This document shows, piece by piece, positions 19,124 through 29,424 of a stretch of 64,000 nucleotides of DNA. The DNA is from Eubacteriales bacterium (GTDB lineage: Bacteria; Bacillota; Clostridia; Oscillospirales; CAG-272). The DNA is taken from the NCBI GenBank assembly GCA_045594705.1, contig JAZNZB010000090.1:20679-84678 (forward strand). The letters are read 5' to 3'. Position numbers and translations under genes: made by a program. The notes under the pieces are model-generated. The model ran no database searches and was not told the DNA's origin. It worked only from the letters and a program-made list of their open reading frames with translations. Position 1 is the first letter of the stretch, and each line of letters begins with the position of its first letter.

Positions 19124-19786
19124 ATGTACGCACAAGTTGCTTCAGTAGGACTCGTATTTACAGCTCTCAATGAACACGAATGTGCCCTTTCGGGTATCGG
19201 GACATGTCATGATAACCATATCGTGATTCCGATGCAGCATATGGGTCGTAACGTTGTAGGCATTGCGGATATGGCTTTTGCTCATAATCATGATATTGTC
19301 TCTGTGATGGTGCCTTCTTCTGTAAAAGCAATCGGAGACTATGCGTTTGCTTGGTGCCACAATCTTCACGCAGTCACTATTGAAAATCATGCTGTCAATT
19401 CTATTGGAGAAAGATGCTTTATCGGTTGCGACAAGCTGACGCAGCTTTATCTTGGCGATAGCCTGACGACGATCGGCGAGAAGGCGTTTGCATTCTGCGC
19501 TTCAATCAGAACGCTCGCGCTCCCCTACGGTACAAGAACGGTTGGTCACTCCGCTTTTGAAGGCTGCAGATCCTTGGAAACCGTGATCCTGCCCGAAACG
19601 CTCAATACGCTCCCGAACAACATGTTCGGTGCCTGCATTTCGCTGACCTCCGTTTCCCTTTCCAGTCTGACAAGATCGATCGGCTATTACGCATTCTCCT
19701 ATTGCCGCAATCTGCGTCACATCAACGTCGGAAACGCCGTCGTAGACGAACAAGCCTTCTATGGTTGCGAGTCTTTAGCAAGCTAA
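19124..19786 (+). CDS. Leucine-rich repeat (BspA-type LRR) protein, no signal peptide
   Basis: Repeated units of about 23 aa, such as IGDYAFAWCHNLHAVTI, IGEKAFAFCASIRTLAL, VGHSAFEGCRSLETVIL and IGYYAFSYCRNLRHINV. Confidence 0.75.
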   Translation: MYAQVASVGLVFTALNEHECALSGIGTCHDNHIVIPMQHMGRNVVGIADMAFAHNHDIVSVMVPSSVKAIGDYAFAWCHNLHAVTIENHAVNSIGERCFIGCDKLTQLYLGDSLTTIGEKAFAFCASIRTLALPYGTRTVGHSAFEGCRSLETVILPETLNTLPNNMFGACISLTSVSLSSLTRSIGYYAFSYCRNLRHINVGNAVVDEQAFYGCESLAS

Positions 19787-19804
19787 AGAAAAATCGTTCA
19801 TATA

Positions 19805-19838
19805 AAAAAGATCGGATTTTCCATATCCGATCTTTTTT
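19805..19838 (+). terminator. Rho-independent terminator after the LRR gene
   Basis: aaaaagatcggat-tttccat-atccgatctttttt. Confidence 0.8.
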
Positions 19839-19863
19839 GTTTGGAATAATTTGTGCAAAATGC

Positions 19864-19892
19864 TTGCAATTACACTATATATATGGTATACT
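19864..19892 (+). promoter_or_regulatory. SigA-type promoter of GH78 copy 2
   Basis: TTGCAA (19864-19869), 17 nt, TGg-TATACT (19887-19892). Confidence 0.65.
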
Positions 19893-19926
19893 TTCCTTGT
19901 ATAACACATCATACGGAGGTATGCAC

Positions 19927-22452
19927 ATGAAAGATATGTTGAGCGCCGGTAAGGCCAAGTGGATCTCCTTTGGCTATCCGGGAGAAAATGAACATACAGA
20001 GATCTCCAATCCTTGGGAAAACAAGCTGGTTATGACCGATCAGTTCAAGGCGATCGAGACAAGACACGGTCTTTCCCTGTTCCGCAAGAACTTTTCCGCT
20101 ACCAAAAGTGGCAAGGTCACCATAGACGCAACCGCGCTTGGAATTTTTGATCTGTACTGCAATGGCAAGAGAGTTGGTCGCATTGACGAGAATGGCAACG
20201 AGGTCTTTGACGAGCTCAAGCCGGGTTATTATGAGTTCAGAAAAAGAGCTCTCTACTTCAGCTACGACTTGACTCCTTATTTGGTTGACGGCGAGAACGT
20301 ATTGCTTGCAGCTGTCGCACCCGGTTGGAGAAACGGCCGTATTGCCTTTAATGCCTTTGAAGGCGAAAACGAGGCGTTCTTTGCCAAAATCACCGTGAAT
20401 GACGACGTCATTTACACCGACTCCGACTGGATGGCTACCTGGGGCGGCAGAGTTCGTGCTGCTGACATCTGGGATGGCGAGCTTTATAATGCAAATTATC
20501 CTTCTTATAATGAAATGAGTACTGCCGGATACGACGTGTCCGATTGGAGCACTTCCACTGTTGTGACACAGGACATTGAAATCACGCCCTTCATCGGTCC
20601 TACCGTCATGGTGCGCCCCGAGCTGACAAGAAAGCCGATTTCCTTGACCGTTCATGAAGGAACGATTGACAACGGCACCGAGCACGGCGAGATCAACGTC
20701 GTATATGCAGCAGAAAATCAAGAAGCGATCAGCCTCAAAAACGGTCAGGTGCTGACTTACGACCTTGGGCAGAATATGGTTGGCTGGCCTGTCATTACCG
20801 TCAAGGGTAACGCCAAGACCACCATTCAGCTGCGCGCTGCAGAGTTTCTCAACGACAGCGGCTCCGAGGCTCGCGGAAACGACGGTCCCAAGGGCTCTGT
20901 CTATACCATCAACTACAGAAGTGCCCGTGCAAAGGCTTATTACATTTTGGGAGGAGCACCCGAGGGGGAATCCTATCAGCCCACTTTCTCCTTCTTTGGC
21001 TTCCGTTATATTGAAATCACCGCTGACAGCGATGTGGAGATTCTTTCATTCCGTGCTGACGTCATCGGCTCTGCTACCCGCGAGACCGGCAAGATGGAAA
21101 CCTCCAATGCTCTGGTCAATCAGCTGATCTCCAACATCATCTGGGGTCAGCGCGGCAACTACCTCTACGTTCCTACCGACTGCCCTCAGAGAGACGAACG
21201 TCTTGGCTGGACGGGCGATACGCAGATCTTCTGCAACACCGCTGCATATAACGCGGACGTTCGCTTGTTCTTCCACAAGTGGCTTCAGGACGCAAGAGAT
21301 AGCCAGGCGGACTGGGGCGGCTACCCTGACGTCATCCCTGCGGCGCGTGTCGTAGGCTGTGGCGGTGCAGCATGGGGCGATGCAGGTATCATTGTTCCCT
21401 ACGTCATGTGGAAAATGTACGGTGACGTAGAACTCCTTCGCGACCACTATGACTCCATGGTAAAGCACATGAATATGCTTGAAGCACGCGACATTGAAAC
21501 GCCGCACAAGCACGCTGCATACGGCGACTGGCTGGCTTATGAGCCCTCTGATCACTGGATGGTTTCGGTTTGCTATGCTGCATTTGATGCACGCCTGATG
21601 GTTCAGATCGCTCAGGTTCTGGGCAAGCATACCGATGCCAACCGTTTCCGGAATTACTTCAATGCTCTGAAGCATCGTTTCATAACCTTCTACTGCGATG
21701 AAAACGGTGATCTCTTACCCCAGCATCGTACCCAGACCGCTTACCTGCTGGCTCTGAAATTCGATCTGCTGGCAGAAAAGAACAGGCCCACTGCAATCGC
21801 TGCACTGCGCCGGAAGATCATTGACAACGGCCACAAGCTGTCCACAGGCTTTGTCGGAACGGGCATTCTTGCTCAGACGCTTGCCGAGATCGGAGAAAAC
21901 GATCTTGCTTATTCCCTGCTTTTGCAGCGTGAGAATCCTTCCTGGCTGTATTCCGTTGACCAGGGTGCTACCACCATTTGGGAGAGATGGAACTCCTACA
22001 CGCTGGCAACCGGCTTTGGCAACGTAGGCATGAACTCCTTCAACCACTATGCATACGGTGCTATCCAGGAATGGATGTACAGACACGTTGCCGGTATCGA
22101 ATACGATCCCGCAGCTCCCGGCTTCGAGCGCGTGATCCTGCAGCCCAAGCCCGATACAAGAACCGCAGACGAGCTGCCCGAGGGTCAGGAGAATATCAAG
22201 TATGTCAACACCTCCTACGACTCTTACCACGGTACCATCGTCTCCAACTGGTCGACCGAGAACGGCTTTACCTACTACTGCGAGGTTCCCGTTCCCACAA
22301 GACTGTATCTGCCTATCCTGACCAAGAACGACTGCTTCACGCTGGACGGCATCAGCCATAAGTTCTCTGAGTTCAAGCAGGCTGCATACAACGCAAGACT
22401 TAACAGAATTGTGATCGACCTCGCTCCCGGTAAATACGAATTCAAGATGTAA
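19927..22452 (+). CDS. Alpha-L-rhamnosidase (GH78), copy 2
   Basis: TDCPQRDERLGWTGDTQIF motif. The start is set at the ATG 7 nt after GGAGG (19915-19919). The track's 19702 start would read through the LRR gene, its terminator and a promoter. Confidence 0.88.
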   Translation: MKDMLSAGKAKWISFGYPGENEHTEISNPWENKLVMTDQFKAIETRHGLSLFRKNFSATKSGKVTIDATALGIFDLYCNGKRVGRIDENGNEVFDELKPGYYEFRKRALYFSYDLTPYLVDGENVLLAAVAPGWRNGRIAFNAFEGENEAFFAKITVNDDVIYTDSDWMATWGGRVRAADIWDGELYNANYPSYNEMSTAGYDVSDWSTSTVVTQDIEITPFIGPTVMVRPELTRKPISLTVHEGTIDNGTEHGEINVVYAAENQEAISLKNGQVLTYDLGQNMVGWPVITVKGNAKTTIQLRAAEFLNDSGSEARGNDGPKGSVYTINYRSARAKAYYILGGAPEGESYQPTFSFFGFRYIEITADSDVEILSFRADVIGSATRETGKMETSNALVNQLISNIIWGQRGNYLYVPTDCPQRDERLGWTGDTQIFCNTAAYNADVRLFFHKWLQDARDSQADWGGYPDVIPAARVVGCGGAAWGDAGIIVPYVMWKMYGDVELLRDHYDSMVKHMNMLEARDIETPHKHAAYGDWLAYEPSDHWMVSVCYAAFDARLMVQIAQVLGKHTDANRFRNYFNALKHRFITFYCDENGDLLPQHRTQTAYLLALKFDLLAEKNRPTAIAALRRKIIDNGHKLSTGFVGTGILAQTLAEIGENDLAYSLLLQRENPSWLYSVDQGATTIWERWNSYTLATGFGNVGMNSFNHYAYGAIQEWMYRHVAGIEYDPAAPGFERVILQPKPDTRTADELPEGQENIKYVNTSYDSYHGTIVSNWSTENGFTYYCEVPVPTRLYLPILTKNDCFTLDGISHKFSEFKQAAYNARLNRIVIDLAPGKYEFKM

Positions 22453-22458
22453 TAATTC

Positions 22459-22496
22459 AAAACAGCCCACCTCTCTAAATTAAGGTGGGCTGTTTT
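22459..22496. terminator. Bidirectional terminator between GH78 copy 2 and the HTH regulator
   Basis: aaaacagcccacc / ggtgggctgtttt 13-bp arms with a 12-nt loop. Confidence 0.85.
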
Positions 22497-22498
22497 GA

Positions 22499-23653
22499 TT
22501 ATTCTTTTTCAAAAGCCTCTGCTTGTTTCACGATATTCTTGAAACGATCTAATTCACGGATAGGATCAAATGACTCCCATTCAAGGCTGGCAGTAATTCT
22601 ATTATGTTTGGGATATGTGGCATTGTATGAGTAAGAGAATTCCATACCATAAAAACATGGTAGTTCACTTCTTGTAATTACATTAAACGCTTTTTCATTT
22701 ATGCGCTCTTGATTTATCCATTTTTCAAGCCATTCCATGGCCTCATCATATCGTTCGAGATGTATACACATCGCTGCACACCAATCATAGCACGGATGAT
22801 TGATATAGTAAGGCACTTCATTCTCGCTTTGCCCAAATATAAGCTCATAAATATTGGGGAAAAGACGATAACAAGCATATGCATCCTCATATCTCTGCTG
22901 CTTTTGATAAAGATGTCCGAGAAGCGAAAGATCTTGGGACAGATTCATAAGTGCTGCATTGATATTCAAACTATATTGCTTCATAGCCTCATCTACTTTT
23001 CCCATATCGCTATATACAACAGCAAGATACCTGCAGCGGTTATCTGTTAATTTCATTGCATGCTCTTCTGCCTTGCTATAGTCCTTCATAATTCTGTATA
23101 TACTTACGAGCCATCGATTTGCGCTATTCAGATACTCGCTGTCTGTACAATGATTCAACACAATATGTGCTTGTCGTATTGCTTCGTCTGCCCAGGCTTT
23201 CATCTCAGATTCACGATCAACGATCTCGTCTGCAAACTGCTCCTCTGTGTAATCCCAAAGTAGATAAGTGATGAAAGACAGTGAACAACAAATAAGTTTG
23301 TAGTTGTTTGGATAAATGGCTAACTCGCTCTGAAGTTCCTCACAGCATGATTTACGATGCATAAATCGGCTGATGCCCTCTTCAGGTTTATTGCTGATGC
23401 GGATCTCGACATCTCGAATAAAGCTTTCAACTTGCTCATCGCCTTCTACGCAAGCATTCCCGAACAGTATATCGGTCGTCACTCCGAGCACGTGCGCGAT
23501 CGGAACAACTTGCGAAATGTCCGGCATCCCGACATCATTTTCCCATTTGGAAACCGCCTGCGATGTAACTCCCAGCAATTCCGAAAGCTCTTCTTGCGTT
23601 AAGTTTTTTTCTTTACGTAATCTTCGAATAATTTGTCCCATTGTTTCTTTCAT
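22499..23653 (-). CDS. XRE-family HTH transcriptional regulator with a long helical-repeat (TPR-like) C-terminal domain
   Basis: N-terminal IRRLRKEKNLTQEELSELLGVTSQAVSKWEN is a Cro/C1-type HTH. The ATG at 23653 follows ggagg at 7 nt. Confidence 0.8.
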   Translation of the reverse strand: MKETMGQIIRRLRKEKNLTQEELSELLGVTSQAVSKWENDVGMPDISQVVPIAHVLGVTTDILFGNACVEGDEQVESFIRDVEIRISNKPEEGISRFMHRKSCCEELQSELAIYPNNYKLICCSLSFITYLLWDYTEEQFADEIVDRESEMKAWADEAIRQAHIVLNHCTDSEYLNSANRWLVSIYRIMKDYSKAEEHAMKLTDNRCRYLAVVYSDMGKVDEAMKQYSLNINAALMNLSQDLSLLGHLYQKQQRYEDAYACYRLFPNIYELIFGQSENEVPYYINHPCYDWCAAMCIHLERYDEAMEWLEKWINQERINEKAFNVITRSELPCFYGMEFSYSYNATYPKHNRITASLEWESFDPIRELDRFKNIVKQAEAFEKE

Positions 23654-23783
23654 AATCAAGCCTCCATCTTTGATATTGGGTCTGTACTCATTATCTCACA
23701 TAGTTCATAATAATTGAAGCGAGACAAAAATGAGTTATACCCAACTATGCGTTGGATTTTCCGACATGTCTTTTATAGTACAC

Positions 23784-23821
23784 AAAAAACCTTGGCAAAT
23801 CTATACTCTGCCAAGGTTTTT
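23784..23821 (-). terminator. Rho-independent terminator after smpB
   Basis: aaccttggca / tgccaaggtt arms flanked by A and T runs. Confidence 0.8.
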
Positions 23822-23865
23822 GATTGTTCTGAATTGTTTGATCGCAGATCAGACATGTATATATA

Positions 23866-24342
23866 TTATTCTGCTTTATTTCTATCTCGCATACTGCGCT
23901 CAATCACGCGGTCTGCGTCGCGCTTTGCGGCATCGTCGCGCTTGTCGTACAGCTTTTTACCGCGACAGAGACCAACCTCTACCTTGACGTGCGATCCGCA
24001 AAAATACAGAGACAGCGGGATCAAGGTAAATCCCTTTTGCGAGACAAGCCCGTGCAACTTCATGATCTCGCGCTTGTGCATCAGCAGCTTTTTGTCACGC
24101 AGAGGATCTTTATTGAAGATATTTCCCTGCTCGTAAGGGCTGATATGCATGCCCTTGACAAAGATCTCGCCATCCTTGATGTCGCAATAGGCGTCCTTCA
24201 GGTTGACACCGCCCGCGCGTATGCTTTTGACCTCAGTTCCGTACAGCGCGATTCCTGCCTCGTATTTTTCATCAACGAAATACTCGTGCCATGCCTTTTT
24301 ATTTTGTGCAATGATCTTATTTCCTGTCTTTTTCTCTGCCAT
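23866..24342 (-). CDS. smpB: SsrA-binding protein
   Basis: 158 aa. [19 protein letters not shown] and LLMHKREI are typical SmpB blocks. Confidence 0.93.
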   Translation of the reverse strand: MAEKKTGNKIIAQNKKAWHEYFVDEKYEAGIALYGTEVKSIRAGGVNLKDAYCDIKDGEIFVKGMHISPYEQGNIFNKDPLRDKKLLMHKREIMKLHGLVSQKGFTLIPLSLYFCGSHVKVEVGLCRGKKLYDKRDDAAKRDADRVIERSMRDRNKAE

Positions 24343-24356
24343 AATTACCTGCTATT

Positions 24357-24677
24357 TTAATCGTTGGTGTCCTTATGAAAAATTGTTTCATCCGGGAAAT
24401 GTAAGCCTAATTTCTCGCGCGCGATCCGTACGATATACTCATAATCGATGGGAGAATCGATCAAAAACTTCAGCTCGTCTACCTGCTCCTTGCGGTCGTC
24501 AATTTGCTGTTTGAGCTCGTTGATCTTTTCCTGATTCGCGTTATATATCATGACACCGGACACAAAAGTGCACAAGGATATGACCACGATCGCGATCAGT
24601 GCGCATCTGAGCAATATTTTCATGCCGGACTTTGTGCTTTCAACAGCTGTGTCCTGCTTGTTTTCCTGTTCGTTCAT
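24357..24677 (-). CDS. divIC: Septum formation initiator (DivIC/FtsB family)
   Basis: One transmembrane helix then a coiled coil (NELKQQIDDRKEQVDELK) and the YIVRIAREKLG tail. Synteny after yabQ. Confidence 0.8.
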   Translation of the reverse strand: MNEQENKQDTAVESTKSGMKILLRCALIAIVVISLCTFVSGVMIYNANQEKINELKQQIDDRKEQVDELKFLIDSPIDYEYIVRIAREKLGLHFPDETIFHKDTND

Positions 24678-25156
24678 GCTTTTGCCTCCGTAATATTTTC
24701 AAATCCGTTTGATGCTTCCAGCATCATTGCTTCTATCCTGTCATCAGTGCTCTTTATCATTTTTGATAAAGATGCTTTGGCTATCATCGGTCCTATTGTC
24801 AAATGCCAAAGCCAGCGAATGGGCACAGATAAAATGCGCCAAGCTGTGAAAAGAACAAAATCTCTTATTCTTACCAACAACTTTCCAAGCAAGAGATCAC
24901 TGACAAAAAAGCCGGTCACAGCCCCCAATGGAGCAAGGTATCTGTAATCCCCGTCATTGACGTAATATACCAGTATTACCGTCATAATACCGGCAAGAAT
25001 CATAAAAATAAAATCTTTGCAATTTCCGTATATTTTTTTGAACACGGATCGCTGTGTTGTGATGGGGTCTGCAAGTCTGTATACAATACTGAGCATTACA
25101 CCGATCGGCATAGCACCGAACATCAGCATTGCCAAGGATGTCTGTGAGAGCTCCAT
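24674..25156 (-). CDS. yabQ: Spore cortex biosynthesis protein YabQ-like
   Basis: Small polytopic membrane protein with an NDGDYRYL segment. Its position between yabP and divIC matches Bacillus. Confidence 0.7.
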   Translation of the reverse strand: MELSQTSLAMLMFGAMPIGVMLSIVYRLADPITTQRSVFKKIYGNCKDFIFMILAGIMTVILVYYVNDGDYRYLAPLGAVTGFFVSDLLLGKLLVRIRDFVLFTAWRILSVPIRWLWHLTIGPMIAKASLSKMIKSTDDRIEAMMLEASNGFENITEAKA

Positions 25157-25428
25157 CAGCGAAACAGCTTCTTGACAAGCCCTGATTTTTCTTTGTTTTT
25201 GGGCTCGTAATAGTAAACACCGGAAACAGTACCTGAAAGTACAACGATCCCGGCGTCAATCTCCAAAACGGCAACTTTCAGATCTTTTCCTTCGATTGCC
25301 ATATCACCGCATTGTGTTTTGAGTATAACAGCCGTTTCGTCAAAGCTAATTACCTCTGTCACACCTTCAATGCGCATTTCACTCCGATCCATCAGCAAGA
25401 TCGAATGCTTGGTTTTTGCTGTTTCCAT
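25156..25428 (-). CDS. yabP: Sporulation protein YabP
   Basis: 90 aa. The RIEGVTEVISFDETAVILKT ... LSGTVSGVYY pattern and synteny support the call. Confidence 0.8.
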   Translation of the reverse strand: METAKTKHSILLMDRSEMRIEGVTEVISFDETAVILKTQCGDMAIEGKDLKVAVLEIDAGIVVLSGTVSGVYYYEPKNKEKSGLVKKLFR

Positions 25429-25495
25429 GCATGCCTCCGCTTATTGTACTGGCAGTATTCAAACCGCCAGTACATTATATGCGGATTTCTGAAAA

Positions 25496-25738
25496 TTATG
25501 ATATTACCTCATATAGAGAAGAGGCATCAGCCTTGGCCGTGTAATCCTTAACGTCAAGCACGCGTACCTTCAAAGTGCGTTCGCCAAACGTTACCTCGAT
25601 AACATCACCAACCTTCACATCATATGACGCCTTTGCCTGTCTGCCATTGACGCATATATGCGATGCATCACAAGCCTCATTTGCAACTGTGCGCCGCTTG
25701 ATGATTCGGGAAACTTTCAGGAATTTATCAAGTCGCAT
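25496..25738 (-). CDS. S4-domain RNA-binding protein (YabO/Hsp15-like)
   Basis: The N-terminus [19 protein letters not shown] is a canonical S4 motif. Confidence 0.85.
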   Translation of the reverse strand: MRLDKFLKVSRIIKRRTVANEACDASHICVNGRQAKASYDVKVGDVIEVTFGERTLKVRVLDVKDYTAKADASSLYEVIS

Positions 25739-25741
25739 GGA

Positions 25742-26014
25742 TTAGTTAAGCTTATCCTTGAGAACCTGAGCTGCAGAGAAAACAACTCTCTTGGAAGCTG
25801 CGATTTCAACAGCTTCACCGGTCTTGGGATTTCTACCCATTCTTGCATCGCGGGTCTTAACGTCAAAGCTACCGAAACCGGAAACCTGAACCTTATCGCC
25901 GGAAGCCACTGCGTCGGAAATTGCATCGATAACAGCCTTCAGAGCTACTTCTGCGTCCTTCTTGGTCATGTTGCCGTTCTCGGCGATCTTCTGAATCAGT
26001 TGAGTCTTGTTCAT
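25742..26014 (-). CDS. hup: DNA-binding protein HU
   Basis: 90-aa product from the ATG at 26014 (MNKTQLIQKIAE ... GFGSFDVKTRDARMGRNPKTGE). The upstream part of the track ORF has no support. Confidence 0.93.
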   Translation of the reverse strand: MNKTQLIQKIAENGNMTKKDAEVALKAVIDAISDAVASGDKVQVSGFGSFDVKTRDARMGRNPKTGEAVEIAASKRVVFSAAQVLKDKLN

Positions 26015-26099
26015 TTTTATAATTCCTTTCTTTATATTGGATTTCGATATTATTATACCATAAATACGTATATATTGCAAGGGATTTTTGAGAATTTTC

Positions 26100-26915
26100 T
26101 CAAATCATTTTGCAATTCTTTTTCTTGTTTTCATCCCAAATACGTTCAAGCTCATCGCGATCCACATCTGCAATATTGAAACCACGATTTTCCACTTCGG
26201 TTTCAATGGCCTCAAAGCGATCGATAAAACGATTGGTCGCGTTATACAGTGCTTGCTCAGCATTGACGTTCAACATTCTTGCAAGGCTTGTGACGGCAAG
26301 CAGCAGATCGCCGATTTCCTTCTCGGCTTCAACCGGATTTTCTGCAACCTCCATCACTTCCTCAACTTCTTCAAGGACTTTATTGCGGGCGTCTTCTGCA
26401 TCTGCAAAATCAAAGCACGAAGCTTTTTTACCGACCTTTTGGGCTCTGAGCAAAGCAGGATACATGGGAGGAATGGCGCGCAGCTTATCTGTCACAGTCA
26501 TGCGCTTCTTCTCTTCACTCTTTATCGCATCCCAATTTTCAAGTACCTGTTCGGAAGTATCCGCGCAGACGTCACCGAACACATGCGGATGTCTGTGAAT
26601 CAGTTTCACGCAGATATCGTTTGCGACGTCATTGATATCAAACCTTCCCTCCTGCTCTTCAATGCGAGCATGGAATACGACCTGCAGCAATACATCACCC
26701 AATTCTTCGCGAAGCAATACGGGATCATCCGTATCGATTGCTTCAATTACCTCATATGTTTCCTCAATAAAATCGTTTCTGATACTTTTGTGTGTTTGTT
26801 CCTTATCCCAGGGACATCCTTGCTCACTGCGCAATACCACGACCACATCAACAAGATCATCGAATGTATATGTCTTCTTGGACAAAAGACTTAGGATCTT
26901 TTCTTGAATTTCCAT
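26100..26915 (-). CDS. mazG: MazG-family nucleoside triphosphate pyrophosphohydrolase (YabN-like)
   Basis: GCPWDKEQTHKSI, EETYEV and EELGDVLLQV repeated MazG motifs. Confidence 0.9.
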   Translation of the reverse strand: MEIQEKILSLLSKKTYTFDDLVDVVVVLRSEQGCPWDKEQTHKSIRNDFIEETYEVIEAIDTDDPVLLREELGDVLLQVVFHARIEEQEGRFDINDVANDICVKLIHRHPHVFGDVCADTSEQVLENWDAIKSEEKKRMTVTDKLRAIPPMYPALLRAQKVGKKASCFDFADAEDARNKVLEEVEEVMEVAENPVEAEKEIGDLLLAVTSLARMLNVNAEQALYNATNRFIDRFEAIETEVENRGFNIADVDRDELERIWDENKKKNCKMI

Positions 26916-26921
26916 ATGTTT

Positions 26922-28457
26922 TCATTCCTTTTTAGTATTCTTTATATCTGATATTCGGAATAACCCGAATAAATACGCAAGTATTCCGTAAAAGAGTACG
27001 GCTGTTGCAACCGTAGCCGATACTCTGATGATAATCAAATCCGTGACTGATATCAATACTCTTTTCAAAGCAGAGGCTGTACCGATTGACAGCACGGATA
27101 TTCCGATTGTGCATATCCATGTGTTACAAAACGAAAACGGAGGAGCAACCCTGCAAACGAAAAATAAATTGACGGTAACAATCACGATACAACAAATCAA
27201 AGTACTGATCGGTGCCGCCATGATTCCTATAGAGGGATTGGCGCAAAGCAAATACAGAGTAAGCGCCTTAATTGCGCAGCCTGCTGCCGTAGAAACCATC
27301 GGTAACCAAGCATGCCCATATGCTTGTAATATAGCACTTGTTGCTGTAATCAGACAACTTGCAGGAATTGCCATACTGATCACTATGAGCATAGGAATTG
27401 CCTCGTCAAGATTTTGAGTTCTTCCAAACAAAAGCGGCAGTACCTGATCCGAAAGCATTCCCAATCCAATTGCCCCTGGAATTCCGATCAGTGCGGTCAA
27501 TCTGAAGCTCGTATTCAAAAGATCTTTTTGCGCCTGTATATCTCTTCGCTCATAAGCCCCGGCAAGATGTGGGATCAACGGCATGGCAAGAGAACCGAAC
27601 ATGGCAGGAATTGCATTATACAACGGTATGACCATTGCGCTATAACAACCATACAACGAAACAGCCATTTCGCTCTCTACGCCGGCATCCTCTAACCTGC
27701 GCATGATCAATCCGAGATCAATGATTTTTGACATTCCGGAAAGAACGGCACCCAATGTTACAGGAAAAGCAACAGAGATCAACTGTTTTAGCAAAACGTG
27801 CCAATCGACATTGTCAGATGTTTGCTGGAACTTCTCTCTGTTTCCATAAAGGAGCAAAAAGACCATGCACAAAAACGTTCCCAAACTCAAGCCAAGCACT
27901 GCAAAAGCGGCTGATTCGGACAGGGTTTGGTGCTTGGATATTGCAATATATGCAAATACCAAACCGAACACAAGCTTTCCAACGGCTTCTATTACCTGTG
28001 AAACGGCGGTTGGCAGCATATTATGCATACCTTGGTAATAACCGCGCAAAGCGCCTGTTATACAAATGAACAAAACTGCCGGCGCCATAAAGCGCAAGCT
28101 CATAGCTGCACTGCGTGCTCCTATGCGAACAGCAATCTGTTCGGAAAAAGCAAATACACCGAGTGCGCTTATCAGACCAATCACTATAACAATGCATAGG
28201 GACAACAAAAATATCCTTTTGTGCTGTTCTCTGTACTTATTCATTATTACAGATATTGCAACAGGAAGTCCGGTTGTCGAAACTATACATAATATCGCAT
28301 ATACATCATACGCTGCATTGAAATAGCCCATACCTTCAGAGCCTAACAATCTGACAAGCGGAATCTTATAGCATACGCCAATTAGCTTTACAATGACAGT
28401 AGAAAGCGTTAATATAGCTACACCACCGGCAAAGGAGGAATTCACCTCGTTTTTCAT
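26922..28457 (-). CDS. MOP-superfamily polysaccharide/lipid II flippase-like protein (SpoVB/YabM/MurJ-like)
   Basis: Polytopic protein of about 510 aa. Synteny upstream of mazG matches Bacillus yabM. The start could be 28457 (after gaggtggtg) or 28475. Confidence 0.75.
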   Translation of the reverse strand: MKNEVNSSFAGGVAILTLSTVIVKLIGVCYKIPLVRLLGSEGMGYFNAAYDVYAILCIVSTTGLPVAISVIMNKYREQHKRIFLLSLCIVIVIGLISALGVFAFSEQIAVRIGARSAAMSLRFMAPAVLFICITGALRGYYQGMHNMLPTAVSQVIEAVGKLVFGLVFAYIAISKHQTLSESAAFAVLGLSLGTFLCMVFLLLYGNREKFQQTSDNVDWHVLLKQLISVAFPVTLGAVLSGMSKIIDLGLIMRRLEDAGVESEMAVSLYGCYSAMVIPLYNAIPAMFGSLAMPLIPHLAGAYERRDIQAQKDLLNTSFRLTALIGIPGAIGLGMLSDQVLPLLFGRTQNLDEAIPMLIVISMAIPASCLITATSAILQAYGHAWLPMVSTAAGCAIKALTLYLLCANPSIGIMAAPISTLICCIVIVTVNLFFVCRVAPPFSFCNTWICTIGISVLSIGTASALKRVLISVTDLIIIRVSATVATAVLFYGILAYLFGLFRISDIKNTKKE

Positions 28458-28502
28458 TGATTCACCACCTCTCATTTATATATATGAAAGGTGGTGTAAT
28501 AA

Positions 28503-29408
28503 TCAGAACTGAATGAACTCTCTGTACAATGAATCCTCTTGCAGATATTTGGCCGGAATAGGGTCGATTGCGGCTGTTCTGTTCAAAATATCCAGTGCAC
28601 GAAGATAATATCTGCTTTGCTCATCTACTTTGGGCATCAACATACGCAAATACGGAGTAAGCAGATGCAGATCATACGCCATTGTAGAATCAATGATAAT
28701 ATCGCATCCTTCCCGGTACGGAAAGATGTGTGCATCTTCGTTGTCACGCACTCCTCTCCAAATCTCCAGCGTTCTATCCGGACTTGCACCGCGATACTGA
28801 GAATCACGTACAATCCTGCGGTAAAATCTGAAAATGTTCGGTTCAAATACCTGCTCTCCAACTCGGATCGCCTGATCAGGGCAAACAAAAATACTGATCA
28901 TGCCAAAGGGCTTAACCAAGGATGTGATTTCCGGATAGATCGCTTGAATTCCTTCCAGTATAATCATGTCCTTGGGGCTGCATTTGAAATCACTGTAACC
29001 GCTTCGGCTATGCGTATAAAAATCAAAGATCGGGAGTTGTGTTTGATTTTGATCAACTAACTCTGCAAGGCATTTTTCAAAAGTCGACAGATCAATGGCA
29101 TCGACAGAATCCATATCAAGTCCGGTACCCTTTTGCTCTGACATGCGGATCAAGTAATCCATGTTAAAGAAAAAATTATCCAAGGATATCACGTGCGTAT
29201 GAATTCCCTGCTGTTCCAGCTCCCGGGTGATTTTCAGTGCCGTCGTCGTTTTGCCTGCACAGCTGGGACCGGATAGACAAATAAATCTGACACCGCTTTG
29301 TTGTATATACGTTACTGCTTTGGCAATCTGTAAATCAAATTGCTTGTCGCAATCTGCAAGAAATGCAATTGCTTCCTCATCGGAATAATGGGGTTTGGTA
29401 ATATGCAT
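28503..29408 (-). CDS. Uridine kinase/phosphoribulokinase-family P-loop kinase
   Basis: Walker A GPSCAGKTT and the general layout of the uridine-kinase-like family. Confidence 0.65.
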   Translation of the reverse strand: MHITKPHYSDEEAIAFLADCDKQFDLQIAKAVTYIQQSGVRFICLSGPSCAGKTTTALKITRELEQQGIHTHVISLDNFFFNMDYLIRMSEQKGTGLDMDSVDAIDLSTFEKCLAELVDQNQTQLPIFDFYTHSRSGYSDFKCSPKDMIILEGIQAIYPEITSLVKPFGMISIFVCPDQAIRVGEQVFEPNIFRFYRRIVRDSQYRGASPDRTLEIWRGVRDNEDAHIFPYREGCDIIIDSTMAYDLHLLTPYLRMLMPKVDEQSRYYLRALDILNRTAAIDPIPAKYLQEDSLYREFIQF

Positions 29409-29424
29409 ATAAGACTCCTTTGTA

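Noticed and set aside
19702-19926. The N-terminal extension of GH78 copy 2 in the ORF track (a 916-aa version).
   Set aside because: The extension overlaps the LRR gene end and reads through a terminator hairpin and a consensus promoter. A GGAGG RBS precedes the ATG at 19927.
23735-23767. A 10-codon minus-strand frame (MSENPTHSWV) upstream of the HTH-TPR regulator, considered as a candidate signalling peptide.
   Set aside because: It has no RBS and no signal or export sequence. Frames of this length occur by chance.
23660-23865. A search for tmRNA (ssrA) next to smpB.
   Set aside because: The gap is only about 200 bp and holds a terminator and the promoter region of the HTH gene. It has no GGGG... 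acceptor start or tRNA-like 3' end. ssrA must lie elsewhere.
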